Source of the DNA: a virus
Lineage: Duplodnaviria; Caudoviricetes
Reading direction: 5' to 3' (one strand)
Virus record (IMG/VR): IMGVR_UViG_3300025889_000505
Span: 1 to 33,101 of that record
DNA length: 33,101 bases
The position numbers were made by a program, and so were the translations under genes. The notes beneath the pieces were generated by a model. That model did no database searches. It saw only the letters and a list, made by a program, of their open reading frames with translations, and was not told the origin of the DNA. Shown piece by piece: positions 8,859 through 17,256 of the stretch; within the stretch, counting starts at the first letter, position 1, and each line of letters starts with the position of its first letter.

Positions 8859-9143
8859 CTATAATACTTTAGCAATTTCAATTCCAAGTGCAGTTAAACC
8901 ACCTGCGACTATGAACCAAACTGCCTTTTCTATGGTCTTCAACGTCGAATTCGCCGCTGCTTGACCTGTTTCTACGCAATCGAGTCTTGCTGAGATTCGA
9001 TTGAGTCTCTCATGAGATTCGGAACGCCTAGTCTCCAAATCTGCAATTTTTTCTTCTACACGAGCAAGAGCAACAATTGCTTCACTCATGCGATCTAACT
9101 TCTCCTCAATTCGTTCGAGGCGTGACACTTGCGACTCTGCCAT
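8859..9143 (-). CDS. coiled-coil protein with C-terminal TM helix (XhlA/holin-like architecture)
   Basis: RLERIEEKLDRMSEAIVALARVEEK heptads, then AVWFIVAGGLTALGI. Confidence 0.65.
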   Translation of the reverse strand: MAESQVSRLERIEEKLDRMSEAIVALARVEEKIADLETRRSESHERLNRISARLDCVETGQAAANSTLKTIEKAVWFIVAGGLTALGIEIAKVL

Positions 9144-9145
9144 TT

Positions 9146-9412
9146 CTACCAAGCCTTACAAGACCAATAACGTGCCTTGTCCTTTGGTCCCGGATTATCA
9201 CAATTGTGTCTAGCTCTAAAACTCTTACGACGACCTGGAATGTGCTTCTTAATTGTCATATTCTTGTCGCCAAAATTTACCTTTTGTGCTTTTCCATCGC
9301 CATCTGGATCGACATAGACTTTTGACTTCTTAACATCGCCTTTCGTTGGCTTGTTAAGCGTCACTTTCTTGCCTTGATAGGTGGCTTCTGTAAAAGACTT
9401 AAATGATTTCAT
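9146..9412 (-). CDS. small basic protein (DUF6321-like) with capsid-targeting-like N-terminus
   Basis: MKSFKSFTE; VNFGD...RRKSFRARHNC...KARYWSCKAW. Confidence 0.75.
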   Translation of the reverse strand: MKSFKSFTEATYQGKKVTLNKPTKGDVKKSKVYVDPDGDGKAQKVNFGDKNMTIKKHIPGRRKSFRARHNCDNPGPKDKARYWSCKAW

Positions 9413-9765
9413 TTATCTTTCTTATCGGCGGCAGTTTTCTTCATAGCAGAACGAGCAAGATTCTTAGCGATATTCTTAACCTTAACAGTGTTGCCGTATT
9501 TGTCTTTGCGGTCACCGTCCTTTACTTTACGCCAAGGAGTTTCTTTTCTCCACGAAGCTTCATTCGTTTCTAAGTGGACGTTTGTATGACCCATTGAACG
9601 ATAATGAGAAAGAGCTGAGAATGCTTTATCTTTATGCACCTTAATGCTTCTTTTTTCGCCACCACGTGTGGTATAATTAAGAACCTGATGATCCTTACCA
9701 GTCTTAATTGGGGTTCCTCTTGCTACTGAACCTGCTCTTGATCTTACCTCAGAAAATGTTTTCAT
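9409..9765 (-). CDS. basic hypothetical protein with capsid-targeting-like N-terminus
   Basis: MKTFSEVR; ATGA overlaps on both sides. Confidence 0.7.
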   Translation of the reverse strand: MKTFSEVRSRAGSVARGTPIKTGKDHQVLNYTTRGGEKRSIKVHKDKAFSALSHYRSMGHTNVHLETNEASWRKETPWRKVKDGDRKDKYGNTVKVKNIAKNLARSAMKKTAADKKDK

Positions 9766-11201
9766 TGTTTCGTTACCTTTCTATAAACTGACGTATGTTT
9801 AGAAATTGCTTCATGACCACCAGAACGAACAGAACGCATCAAGTCTGCCTTCTGACCTTTGTCTTTTAATTTACTATGGTAGTCAACAACGTGTTGTAAA
9901 TCTTTGTGATTGCTGTAAACTTTAGTTTTACCACCAATCTTTAAAGAAACTTTTCTTCCACCTAAACTAGGATGCATGGCGTCAGCTGCTTTTGCTAATG
10001 TGTTATGAACAGTTGAGTGGTGATCGTTGCTCTTAATTTCGAAATCTAAAGGTTTTGCTGCTTTTTGATCCCAATCACCGTCTTTTTTAGCAGTCCCTTT
10101 TGCTGGTCCACGACGAGCACCACGTTTTGCTAAATTTGCTGCCTTACGTTTTGCAAGATCAGATTTAAAATCTTCAAATGTTTTTAAAACATTAGTGTCA
10201 CGAGGCGTAAAATCAGTGTCCTCTTTTGCGAGGCGAGAATTTGCTCGAGCGATACCTTTAGATCGATTATCTGCTGCGCGTTGATGAACCTTCGCCATCT
10301 TATCAGTCCAGTCTGACTTGTTATCGCCTGTCCTGGTCGCGTAGTCATGAGCGATACGCTTTTGTCTTGGTTGATCGTCAGATGCTTTGTCGCGATATCT
10401 CTTAACAGTGTCCGGCGAAAGTTCTTTGATGTTGTCTTCTTTGTGTAACATAGAACTACCGCCGATAGCATTAGCATGATGAATCTTTGCCATCTTGGAG
10501 TGATAGTCGCCTTTAGTCTTAACTCTATATTGATGATAGTCTCTTGCCTTGGCATGATCCAACTTAGACATATCTCTCATGTCTTTACCTTTTCCTGGAC
10601 CATTTTTATCTGCCATCGTTGCTTCGACTGTATGACCTTTATCGTTAGTTTTGTGGACAGTATATTTGCCGCCAACTTTATCAACTTTATTGCCTCGGGC
10701 AGCATGCTTATCGGCGCTCATTTTATTGTCGAAATGTTTTTCGCGACCATGCTTTTCGTGTCCAGGATTGTTGTATTTAACCGCGAATCCTTCGTTTGCT
10801 TTTTTCATCAAATCTTTAAGTTTTGAGAGTTTATCAAGGTCGGGTTTACTGATCGCTGCTTTCTTCTTTTTGTTAGCGATAGCATCCATAGACTTGCCGT
10901 AAGCGTCAGTAGATTCTTTCTTTGCTGGCAATCCTTTGTGCTTAGTAGCGGCAAAGTCTTTAACGTCTTTCTTGCTCATAGATGCTGCTGCCTTCTTAAT
11001 CTCTGGAGAAGCGTTGGGCATTTCGCCTTTCTGTTTTGCGCGAACCATGCCAAAAAACTTTTGTTGTGCTTTAGAAACTGCTTTCTCTTGCTGAACTATA
11101 GCATCGTCTGTTCGCTTTTTCCGAAACTTAATTTTTCCTGTTTCGGGATCGCGATACTTGACTAATTTAAAGTCAGATGATTTTACTTGTTCGTTTTCCA
11201 T
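9762..11201 (-). CDS. basic multi-module putative internal head protein containing a DUF3008-like module
   Basis: KAVSKAQQKFFGMV...SMSKKDVKDFAATKHKGLP; K/H-rich modules separated by Glu sites; late promoter upstream. Confidence 0.7.
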   Translation of the reverse strand: MENEQVKSSDFKLVKYRDPETGKIKFRKKRTDDAIVQQEKAVSKAQQKFFGMVRAKQKGEMPNASPEIKKAAASMSKKDVKDFAATKHKGLPAKKESTDAYGKSMDAIANKKKKAAISKPDLDKLSKLKDLMKKANEGFAVKYNNPGHEKHGREKHFDNKMSADKHAARGNKVDKVGGKYTVHKTNDKGHTVEATMADKNGPGKGKDMRDMSKLDHAKARDYHQYRVKTKGDYHSKMAKIHHANAIGGSSMLHKEDNIKELSPDTVKRYRDKASDDQPRQKRIAHDYATRTGDNKSDWTDKMAKVHQRAADNRSKGIARANSRLAKEDTDFTPRDTNVLKTFEDFKSDLAKRKAANLAKRGARRGPAKGTAKKDGDWDQKAAKPLDFEIKSNDHHSTVHNTLAKAADAMHPSLGGRKVSLKIGGKTKVYSNHKDLQHVVDYHSKLKDKGQKADLMRSVRSGGHEAISKHTSVYRKVTKQ

Positions 11202-11206
11202 AAACT

Positions 11207-12424
11207 TTATTTATAGTTTTTCTTATGTTTACTATAACCCTTTTTCACTTCTTTCTTTTTATTAGGTTCAACTTTTGCTTTGTTAAATTTTTGTGAGAAT
11301 TTAGCAACAGGATTCTTTGTTTCTCTTCTGGTAACAAAATCAAACTTGGAATCTTTTTTATTAGGGTCAGTATTTCTGTTTCTTGCTCTGGCGCGAGAAA
11401 TTCTTGCTCGATCTAACATTCGATCGTGCTTAACTTTATCTTGTTCTTTTTCGCGATCAATTTTATTTTTGGCAATTTTAACTGGATCAATGGCGTCAAC
11501 TAAATCCAATTCTTCTTCCTGTTGTCCAGGAGTTATCTTTTTTGCTTTCTTGGTGGATTCAGGAGTTCCCCATTCAGGTTGATCTTTGTACCATCGATCA
11601 GTTTTTTCATATACAATGCCATCTAACCATTGCCTACTAACTCTGCCTTCATCTAAAGCAACAATAACGTAATTTGCTCCAAGTCGATAGATATAACCTG
11701 ATTTGCCATTTTCTTTAATTATTACTCGATCGCCTGGTTCAAACAATTCACCATTTATATACTTTTCTCTGGTTTCACTAAGAAGACCCAAATCGATGTG
11801 CTGTTTAAAATCTTTAGACTCTTTCATACCCATACCAACACGAATATCATTAAACAGTTTTCTCGTGTCTACTGTAGACATTTTGGAAGGAACGCCTTGT
11901 TGAAATGATGTGAAATCATTTGAAGCAGCGTTCGCGCGCTGTTTGCTCGCCGACATGCCCTCAACTCCTTCTGAGTCTGGGTCCCTATCACCAGCAGAAG
12001 CAACGTTTATCCGTTCGAAGTTATAAAATCCGTGCTTACCTTTGACTCCGTTGTACTTGTTTAACAGAGTCTCGAATTCTACGATACGATCTTGACCAAC
12101 AACCATTGTGACTTTTTTATATCCTTGGTTGTATAGGTTGGTTGCTGCGTCAAAAACGTTCTTAATTTTTTTATTGAGTAAAATGTTTCTTGCATGATTT
12201 GGAAACATTTTCCTAGAGTGCTTGATCTTGTTCGGATAACTGAGAGGGTTCTTTTTGGCATCAACTGATTGCGAAAGAAAAATCTTGTATGGATTTCTAC
12301 CTGCCTTTCGACTTAGAACGTCAAGCAGTTTTTGGTGTCCAACGGTTGGAGGATTCATTCTTCCGAAAGTGAAAAATATCTCGCGTTCCTCTTCTACGAG
12401 ATACTGTTTAAATGACGGTATCAT
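11207..12424 (-). CDS. HIGH-superfamily nucleotidyltransferase (cytidylyltransferase/NMNAT-like) of T4-like phages
   Basis: FTFGRMNPPTVGH, KNPL, MVVGQDR, AGDRDPD, MSASK; KOW/SH3-like and basic C-terminal extensions. Confidence 0.8.
   Translation of the reverse strand: MIPSFKQYLVEEEREIFFTFGRMNPPTVGHQKLLDVLSRKAGRNPYKIFLSQSVDAKKNPLSYPNKIKHSRKMFPNHARNILLNKKIKNVFDAATNLYNQGYKKVTMVVGQDRIVEFETLLNKYNGVKGKHGFYNFERINVASAGDRDPDSEGVEGMSASKQRANAASNDFTSFQQGVPSKMSTVDTRKLFNDIRVGMGMKESKDFKQHIDLGLLSETREKYINGELFEPGDRVIIKENGKSGYIYRLGANYVIVALDEGRVSRQWLDGIVYEKTDRWYKDQPEWGTPESTKKAKKITPGQQEEELDLVDAIDPVKIAKNKIDREKEQDKVKHDRMLDRARISRARARNRNTDPNKKDSKFDFVTRRETKNPVAKFSQKFNKAKVEPNKKKEVKKGYSKHKKNYK
11208..11215 (-). promoter_or_regulatory. 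T4-type late promoter TATAAATA, 6 nt before ATG 11201
   Basis: Exact consensus overlapping the upstream stop codon. Confidence 0.75.
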
Positions 12425-12853
12425 TTATTTCTCGCTTTTATTTGCTCCAGATCTACGATCCTTTTCTCTTTTACGAATAGTCGGCAGAAGTTTTCTTGCC
12501 AGTTTTTCTATTCTCCCTTTCATTTTATCTAGTCGCTTTTCAATCTCTTGTCTACGAGCGAACGGTAACTCTGCTTTTGATTTACCTTTAGAAAATTTCT
12601 TAAAGAGTGCAGCTCTTGCTGCTTTTTTGGATCTGCGAGATAATCTTTCTGGGTCTGCTGCTCTCTTTTTTGCTTTTCTTTGACCCATTGCAATCTTCGC
12701 CTTCATTTTTTTCATGAGGCGAGCGCGAGCTCTTCTTTGCTGGAAGTTTAATGCTTCAGTCTTACGATCTTTGGCATTGTTACTAATGTGATCGTCACCG
12801 TCGGCGGTGTAATCTACAGTTAGAAAATCTTTAAACTTTAATGGCTTTGCCAT
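12425..12853 (-). CDS. highly basic helical hypothetical protein
   Basis: 142 aa, K/R-rich; LKFKDFL N-terminal motif; packed between neighbours. Confidence 0.75.
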   Translation of the reverse strand: MAKPLKFKDFLTVDYTADGDDHISNNAKDRKTEALNFQQRRARARLMKKMKAKIAMGQRKAKKRAADPERLSRRSKKAARAALFKKFSKGKSKAELPFARRQEIEKRLDKMKGRIEKLARKLLPTIRKREKDRRSGANKSEK

Positions 12854-12854
12854 C

Positions 12855-14078
12855 TTATTTCCTCGTCGGTTTATCCCATCCCTTCAAAATATCAGGCGAA
12901 AAGTTGTTGTATGAAAATTCCATTCTATCAACAATCTTTACCGCATCACCACCTAGTCGGTCAACGGCAACGAATCCTTCAGCACCCGTTACCTTAAATC
13001 CTTTGCGAGTTTTTACAAAGGTATCTACATTCCCAAGTTTATTCAATTTATTTATAAGTTTTAACTTTGCTGTTACAATTAATTTTTGTAACTCAAACAT
13101 CTGTATTAAGTTGACTTTGTTTTTGAGCGAGAAGAAGTTGAGGAGTTCGTCTCGCTTTTGTCTTTGCGAGGTCTTCCCCGCTTGGGTTTTTCGCTGGGCG
13201 ATTTCTTTCCCGTACTTGCTTTTGATCCATCGGATGAGTTTTTCCGTGTGCGCGACGGTGTTTCCGATGATTTCTCCTTTACGGACGAATGTGTTGTTGT
13301 AGGTTTCGATGTGCTGGGCGAGGGTTTGGTTTCCTTCAAGTTCTCGGAGGGTACTTCCTGAGATTTGGTTGAAGATCCTACCAATTTCTGCCAAAGTTTC
13401 ATTAACATCTTCTGTCTCCCTTTTAGTCATGGTTGCGCTGGTTAAATTACGCAGCATTGCGTCTTGAGACCAAACATTAGAAGACTTCTTCAATGCCTTC
13501 ACGTTCACACCATAAGATGCTTTCATAGTCTCGAATGTTCTACCAGTATATGTAGTATGCCACACAATACCGATTTTTGCCCTGCGTATAACTGCCGACT
13601 GTTCGTAAGGTACAGCATACACAATAGTGTTTGGGTGAAAAGTCACATACTTTTGACCATCAATTGTTTCGGTGGATAAGTCTCCGCGCCCAAACAGAAA
13701 GTCGCCCTGAATTACCCCTTTGATATCTAAAGCAGGTAAATATTTCAGAGCGTCTTTCAGTTTGGCAGAAAGATCGCCTGACGTATCAGCGTCGATCTCT
13801 GCATTGGTCTTATAGACCTTTGGGTTCTTGTTAAAGATACCCTTCTTAGCAACAAAGAACTGCCCGTCCCTGGGATCAATACCAGCGAAGATTGCGGGAG
13901 CACCGTCCCACTTCACTGATACACTTCCCTCTTTCTTGCCTCCTAACATATCGCGAAGATCACGCAGAGCAAAAATTGCTTGACGTGTGCCTTTAACACC
14001 GCCATATAGCACTTTGTCCTCGATATGAGTCATGTGCGTATTTTTTTGCTCTGTTAATGTGTCTGCAAATGATAGCAT
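12855..14078 (-). CDS. DUF6267-like protein, ATP-dependent ligase/nucleotidyltransferase fold
   Basis: KNTHMTHIED; VKWDGAP (KxDG motif I), QGDF, EGFV, KIVDR. Confidence 0.75.
   Translation of the reverse strand: MLSFADTLTEQKNTHMTHIEDKVLYGGVKGTRQAIFALRDLRDMLGGKKEGSVSVKWDGAPAIFAGIDPRDGQFFVAKKGIFNKNPKVYKTNAEIDADTSGDLSAKLKDALKYLPALDIKGVIQGDFLFGRGDLSTETIDGQKYVTFHPNTIVYAVPYEQSAVIRRAKIGIVWHTTYTGRTFETMKASYGVNVKALKKSSNVWSQDAMLRNLTSATMTKRETEDVNETLAEIGRIFNQISGSTLRELEGNQTLAQHIETYNNTFVRKGEIIGNTVAHTEKLIRWIKSKYGKEIAQRKTQAGKTSQRQKRDELLNFFSLKNKVNLIQMFELQKLIVTAKLKLINKLNKLGNVDTFVKTRKGFKVTGAEGFVAVDRLGGDAVKIVDRMEFSYNNFSPDILKGWDKPTRK
13106..13408 (-). CDS. overprinted (+1 frame) Ser/Lys/Thr-rich protein with AT-hook
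   Basis: AGGGAG SD 7 nt before ATG 13408; KPKRGRPRK; host-frame codons almost lack third-position T across this interval. Confidence 0.7.
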   Translation of the reverse strand: MLMKLWQKLVGSSTKSQEVPSENLKETKPSPSTSKPTTTHSSVKEKSSETPSRTRKNSSDGSKASTGKKSPSEKPKRGRPRKDKSETNSSTSSRSKTKST

Positions 14079-14081
14079 TTC

Positions 14082-14957
14082 TTAATACATCCAAGCATCT
14101 ACTTGGTACAATTGATCTATTTCAGATTGTGTAATTTTATTATTACTAGAATCAAATATAAATCTGAGAGCACCTATGCTTCCAACGAAACTTGAATTTT
14201 GGAAGGCTTTACCTATGTAATCAAGTTTAAAAAAGGATGAATTCGTCCAAGGACCTAATATTGCTGAACTTCGTTTTACTTTATCGATATAGGTACTATA
14301 TTCATTATCAATAGAATCATATGCCCAGACTACATGGTGCCAGTTCCCATCAGATACTCCTACACTACCTGAACTGTTAGTCCATCCTATTTGTGAACCG
14401 CGATAAGCAACCCACTGAGGAATTCCAGTATCAAAACCCACTCCAACGTATGTGTCTACCAACTTGTCACCAGTGAATCCCATCCCAAATTGTGGAACCG
14501 CTGCATTAGCACTATTGCTAGTTGTTTTAATCCATACACTTAGTGCAAACGTATCATTAGGATCTCCATCAAAATTTGTAGTAGGGAAACCAGCACTTGC
14601 AAAAAGGTCATCTTTATTAGCATATCCCAAAGTATTCACTTCGATCAAAGACGTTCCATCAACAACCCAAGCAATCGGTTGATTTGAATTTGAACTATTT
14701 TCAATGGTTACACTAGTTAGTGCATAATTATGCGAATCAGTAGTACTATTGATTTGTGTAGTGCTACCATTATTAGCGATTGGATCTAAGTACATGATTT
14801 GTTTATTTAACAGATTAGCATCTAAAGGATTATTTGGATCTCCACCCGCAATATACACGACGCCACCGCCACCACCAGCAGAAGCAATGGAAGAAACGAA
14901 CTGTCCCAGATTGGACGCAGTTCGATTAGTAAATGATGGTGTAAGACCTAGTTTCAC
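14082..14957 (-). CDS. LamG/concanavalin-A-like jelly-roll protein, putative head fibre
   Basis: GTG start directly after the upstream TAA; FALSVWIKT, SDGNWHHVVW, YIDK, FVGSIGALR, ITQSEIDQLY. Confidence 0.75.
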   Translation of the reverse strand: MKLGLTPSFTNRTASNLGQFVSSIASAGGGGGVVYIAGGDPNNPLDANLLNKQIMYLDPIANNGSTTQINSTTDSHNYALTSVTIENSSNSNQPIAWVVDGTSLIEVNTLGYANKDDLFASAGFPTTNFDGDPNDTFALSVWIKTTSNSANAAVPQFGMGFTGDKLVDTYVGVGFDTGIPQWVAYRGSQIGWTNSSGSVGVSDGNWHHVVWAYDSIDNEYSTYIDKVKRSSAILGPWTNSSFFKLDYIGKAFQNSSFVGSIGALRFIFDSSNNKITQSEIDQLYQVDAWMY

Positions 14958-15221
14958 TTACACTAAACCAACCAAATTAGTAGCACTGGTACCAGTAGCA
15001 AGAACTCTTGCGGCACGAATGGGAAGAACAGAACCTACCTTTAGACCAACAAAGGTTACTGATGTTCCGTCAACCATATTGACTGCAAGATCACCGTCAC
15101 CACCGATGTAAATACTACGAGTAGCAGTAGTTAAATCTGTCGAGTCATTTGGAGTGATTGAAAACGCACCTTGTGCTGGAGAATCAAGGTGCGAATAAAA
15201 TGATTTGAATTTATCTGCCAT
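14958..15221 (-). CDS. head spike base protein (RcGTA Rcc01079-like)
   Basis: LDSPAQGAFSITPNDSTDL...RSIYIGGDGDLAV...GSVLPIRAARVLATGTSAT; AAGGA RBS. Confidence 0.75.
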   Translation of the reverse strand: MADKFKSFYSHLDSPAQGAFSITPNDSTDLTTATRSIYIGGDGDLAVNMVDGTSVTFVGLKVGSVLPIRAARVLATGTSATNLVGLV

Positions 15222-15248
15222 TTGCAAAATCCTTTATGTTTGAACCAC

Positions 15249-15256
15249 TATTTATA
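15249..15256 (-). promoter_or_regulatory. T4-type late promoter TATAAATA
   Basis: Exact consensus upstream of the spike base gene. Confidence 0.8.
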
Positions 15257-16421
15257 ATAATTGCTTGCCTGTCGCTGCTTTGCTTTTGTAATCGCACATG
15301 ATATGAGAAGGATACAAACCAGATTGTTTGTTACGTATGTTTACAGCAAAGTCAAAGTACTGATTACTGAATCTAATATCGACACGTTTGCCTCGACCAT
15401 TTACACCGCCATAGTCCACGACAATCGGAGAGTTTATTGTCGCCATGGTAGGGTTCTTTGAAGGATCCATATACCAAGAATATATTTTAGGACCGTCCAT
15501 ACCATGAATCATCCAGTACCCTGAACCCATAGCAGTTTGCAGAAAGGTTTTGAGTTCGGTTCTACTCACCGCGTTTGATACATCAACTCCAGTAGGATGT
15601 TTTTTACCGCGACCATATGAATTAAAAACGTCACAGAAGGTCAACTCGTCAAGTCCAAATGCGTTAAGGATTGCCTTTCCTTTTGGAAATTGAATATTGT
15701 TTTTACGAATTTCACTTTCTGTGAAAATGTCTTTAGCAACACCTGAATTCACGAACGTGAGAGTGCTACTGAATTTTAGGGAAAGAAAACTTTTAGATCC
15801 GTCTTTGTGAGATAGTGTGATATCAGTAAGTTGAGGACCGTGTTCTTTATGATTTCGAGGACTTATATAAACCGTGGTGCCTGCAACTGCGATTGGTCTT
15901 GACTTGTTTGCGCCACCTTCGTGTTCATAACCAACAACGGGAGAACCGTTTTTTTCTGAGCACATCGCAATAATTTTTTCAGTTTGAGAAGCATACTTTC
16001 CTTTGCATTTTTTACCAGAAATGCATTCATCCAACCTCTCGGCAAGATCAGATTCAAAGACTAATCCTTTATTGACTCGCACTCCACCAGCAGGTTGTCC
16101 ACCAAACTCTTCGCTTTTTTCTAGTTTGGTGATCGGAACTTCTGTTATGGTTTTTTTACCAGCAAAACTGCCGCCGAGTAAAAGTTTTTGGTCGGCACGT
16201 TTAGCAACCTTTAATCCTAAAATTTGACCAGCAGTTTTTTCAGCGTTTTTTGTAGACGTTACCTTATCATTTCCAATAACAAGGTATTTGGCATGAAAGA
16301 GTCCATCATCTGTCATGAAGTTGTTTGACTTATCATTTAGCTGAAATGTTTTTTCAACCAGCAGAACTGATCTGTACTCCTTATTTAATTTAAACAGTTC
16401 TGATAAGTTAAGATTTGCCAT
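15252..16421 (-). CDS. putative PD-(D/E)XK-like endonuclease
   Basis: NKGLVFE helix, TDITL...FLSLK (SxK variant of motif III). Confidence 0.5.
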   Translation of the reverse strand: MANLNLSELFKLNKEYRSVLLVEKTFQLNDKSNNFMTDDGLFHAKYLVIGNDKVTSTKNAEKTAGQILGLKVAKRADQKLLLGGSFAGKKTITEVPITKLEKSEEFGGQPAGGVRVNKGLVFESDLAERLDECISGKKCKGKYASQTEKIIAMCSEKNGSPVVGYEHEGGANKSRPIAVAGTTVYISPRNHKEHGPQLTDITLSHKDGSKSFLSLKFSSTLTFVNSGVAKDIFTESEIRKNNIQFPKGKAILNAFGLDELTFCDVFNSYGRGKKHPTGVDVSNAVSRTELKTFLQTAMGSGYWMIHGMDGPKIYSWYMDPSKNPTMATINSPIVVDYGGVNGRGKRVDIRFSNQYFDFAVNIRNKQSGLYPSHIMCDYKSKAATGKQLL

Positions 16422-16425
16422 ATGA

Positions 16426-16632
16426 CTATTTATATTTGGGATAGTCTTTCGGATCTTCTTCTCTTAGAGATTCTATTCTGTCGACGATTTGTTTCTTCTT
16501 CGCATCGTCATAGTAACTCCAGTTTTCAATTTCTACTGACATACGTTTACAACCAATGCAATACGCATTCCAAGTAGGATCTAATATACAAACTCCAATG
16601 CAGGGTGACGGAACCTTACCACTCAACAGCAA
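16426..16632 (-). CDS. DUF1289 family Cys-rich protein
   Basis: SPCIGVC...CIGCKR..EI.NW; start codon uncertain. Confidence 0.8.
   Translation of the reverse strand: MLLSGKVPSPCIGVCILDPTWNAYCIGCKRMSVEIENWSYYDDAKKKQIVDRIESLREEDPKDYPKYK
16427..16434 (-). promoter_or_regulatory. T4-type late promoter TATAAATA, 5 nt before ATG 16421
   Basis: Exact consensus. Confidence 0.75.
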
Positions 16633-16753
16633 CTTTCCATGCTAACCAATGCAAAGAAATACAAGAAAACGTTGGGTCCAAAATCAATACAACTGACGGA
16701 AGCAACGCTAATTCTCTGTAAGGATGCCATGTATTTTCGTAGTCGAATCGCAT
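16616..16753 (-). CDS. small hypothetical protein (45 aa, below the ORF-track cutoff)
   Basis: MRFDYENTWHPYRELALLPSVVLILDPTFSCISLHWLAWKVAVEW; starts right after the upstream stop with AAGGA RBS; fills the gap. Confidence 0.6.
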   Translation of the reverse strand: MRFDYENTWHPYRELALLPSVVLILDPTFSCISLHWLAWKVAVEW

Positions 16754-17059
16754 TTAAAATTTTCCTTCGATTTTTTGCATCTGATAAGGATGCGAGTTAG
16801 ATTTTACTGCCCCCAGATATGATATTATTTCATCATCACACCTGACCACAGCGGTTGGGAACCCATCGCAGTTCCTGTGTAATTTCACTGAGTATTTATT
16901 ACTGAACGATGACTCCTGCGCCCACACATTTGCTAGAAACAAAATATCTTCCCAAATAAAAAGCAATCCACCCGGAGGAAAGTATTCAGTTTCTTCATAG
17001 ATTTTAGAACCATCAGATTCAGTGTGAAGATCAATGAGTTTTAGGTTTGGTTGAGACAT
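16754..17059 (-). CDS. hypothetical protein
   Basis: TAATG coupling, AAGGA RBS. Confidence 0.65.
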   Translation of the reverse strand: MSQPNLKLIDLHTESDGSKIYEETEYFPPGGLLFIWEDILFLANVWAQESSFSNKYSVKLHRNCDGFPTAVVRCDDEIISYLGAVKSNSHPYQMQKIEGKF

Positions 17060-17256
17060 TATTCAAAATCCTTTCTGACGTCGGACACATAGCAATTAGT
17101 AGCAGTTTTCGTGCCCGACGCCAGATAGGTAACTCTATTTCCGTCATTAATTTTACCTTCTAAACATTTGCCGCATTTAGACCCAATTTTTTCAAGAAGA
17201 AAATGGTTTTCGTCTAACATTTTTTGAGTGATGGCGTTGCAAATGCAGAGGTACAT
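17059..17256 (-). CDS. bfd: bacterioferritin-associated ferredoxin-like [2Fe-2S] protein
   Basis: MYLCICNAIT...GSKCGKC. Confidence 0.75.
   Translation of the reverse strand: MYLCICNAITQKMLDENHFLLEKIGSKCGKCLEGKINDGNRVTYLASGTKTATNCYVSDVRKDFE

Noticed and set aside
10184-10555. 123-aa alternative-frame ORF in the internal-protein gene
   Set aside because: Unlike 13106..13408 it has no clear SD, compositional signature or motif, and no visible codon distortion in the host frame
13049-13056. TATAAATA inside the DUF6267 gene
   Set aside because: Exact late-promoter match, but in an AT-rich coding stretch about 200 nt from the next start; cannot be distinguished from chance
12841-13361. Plus-strand ORFs opposite DUF6267
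   Set aside because: Explained as by-products of the codon bias imposed by the two minus-strand frames
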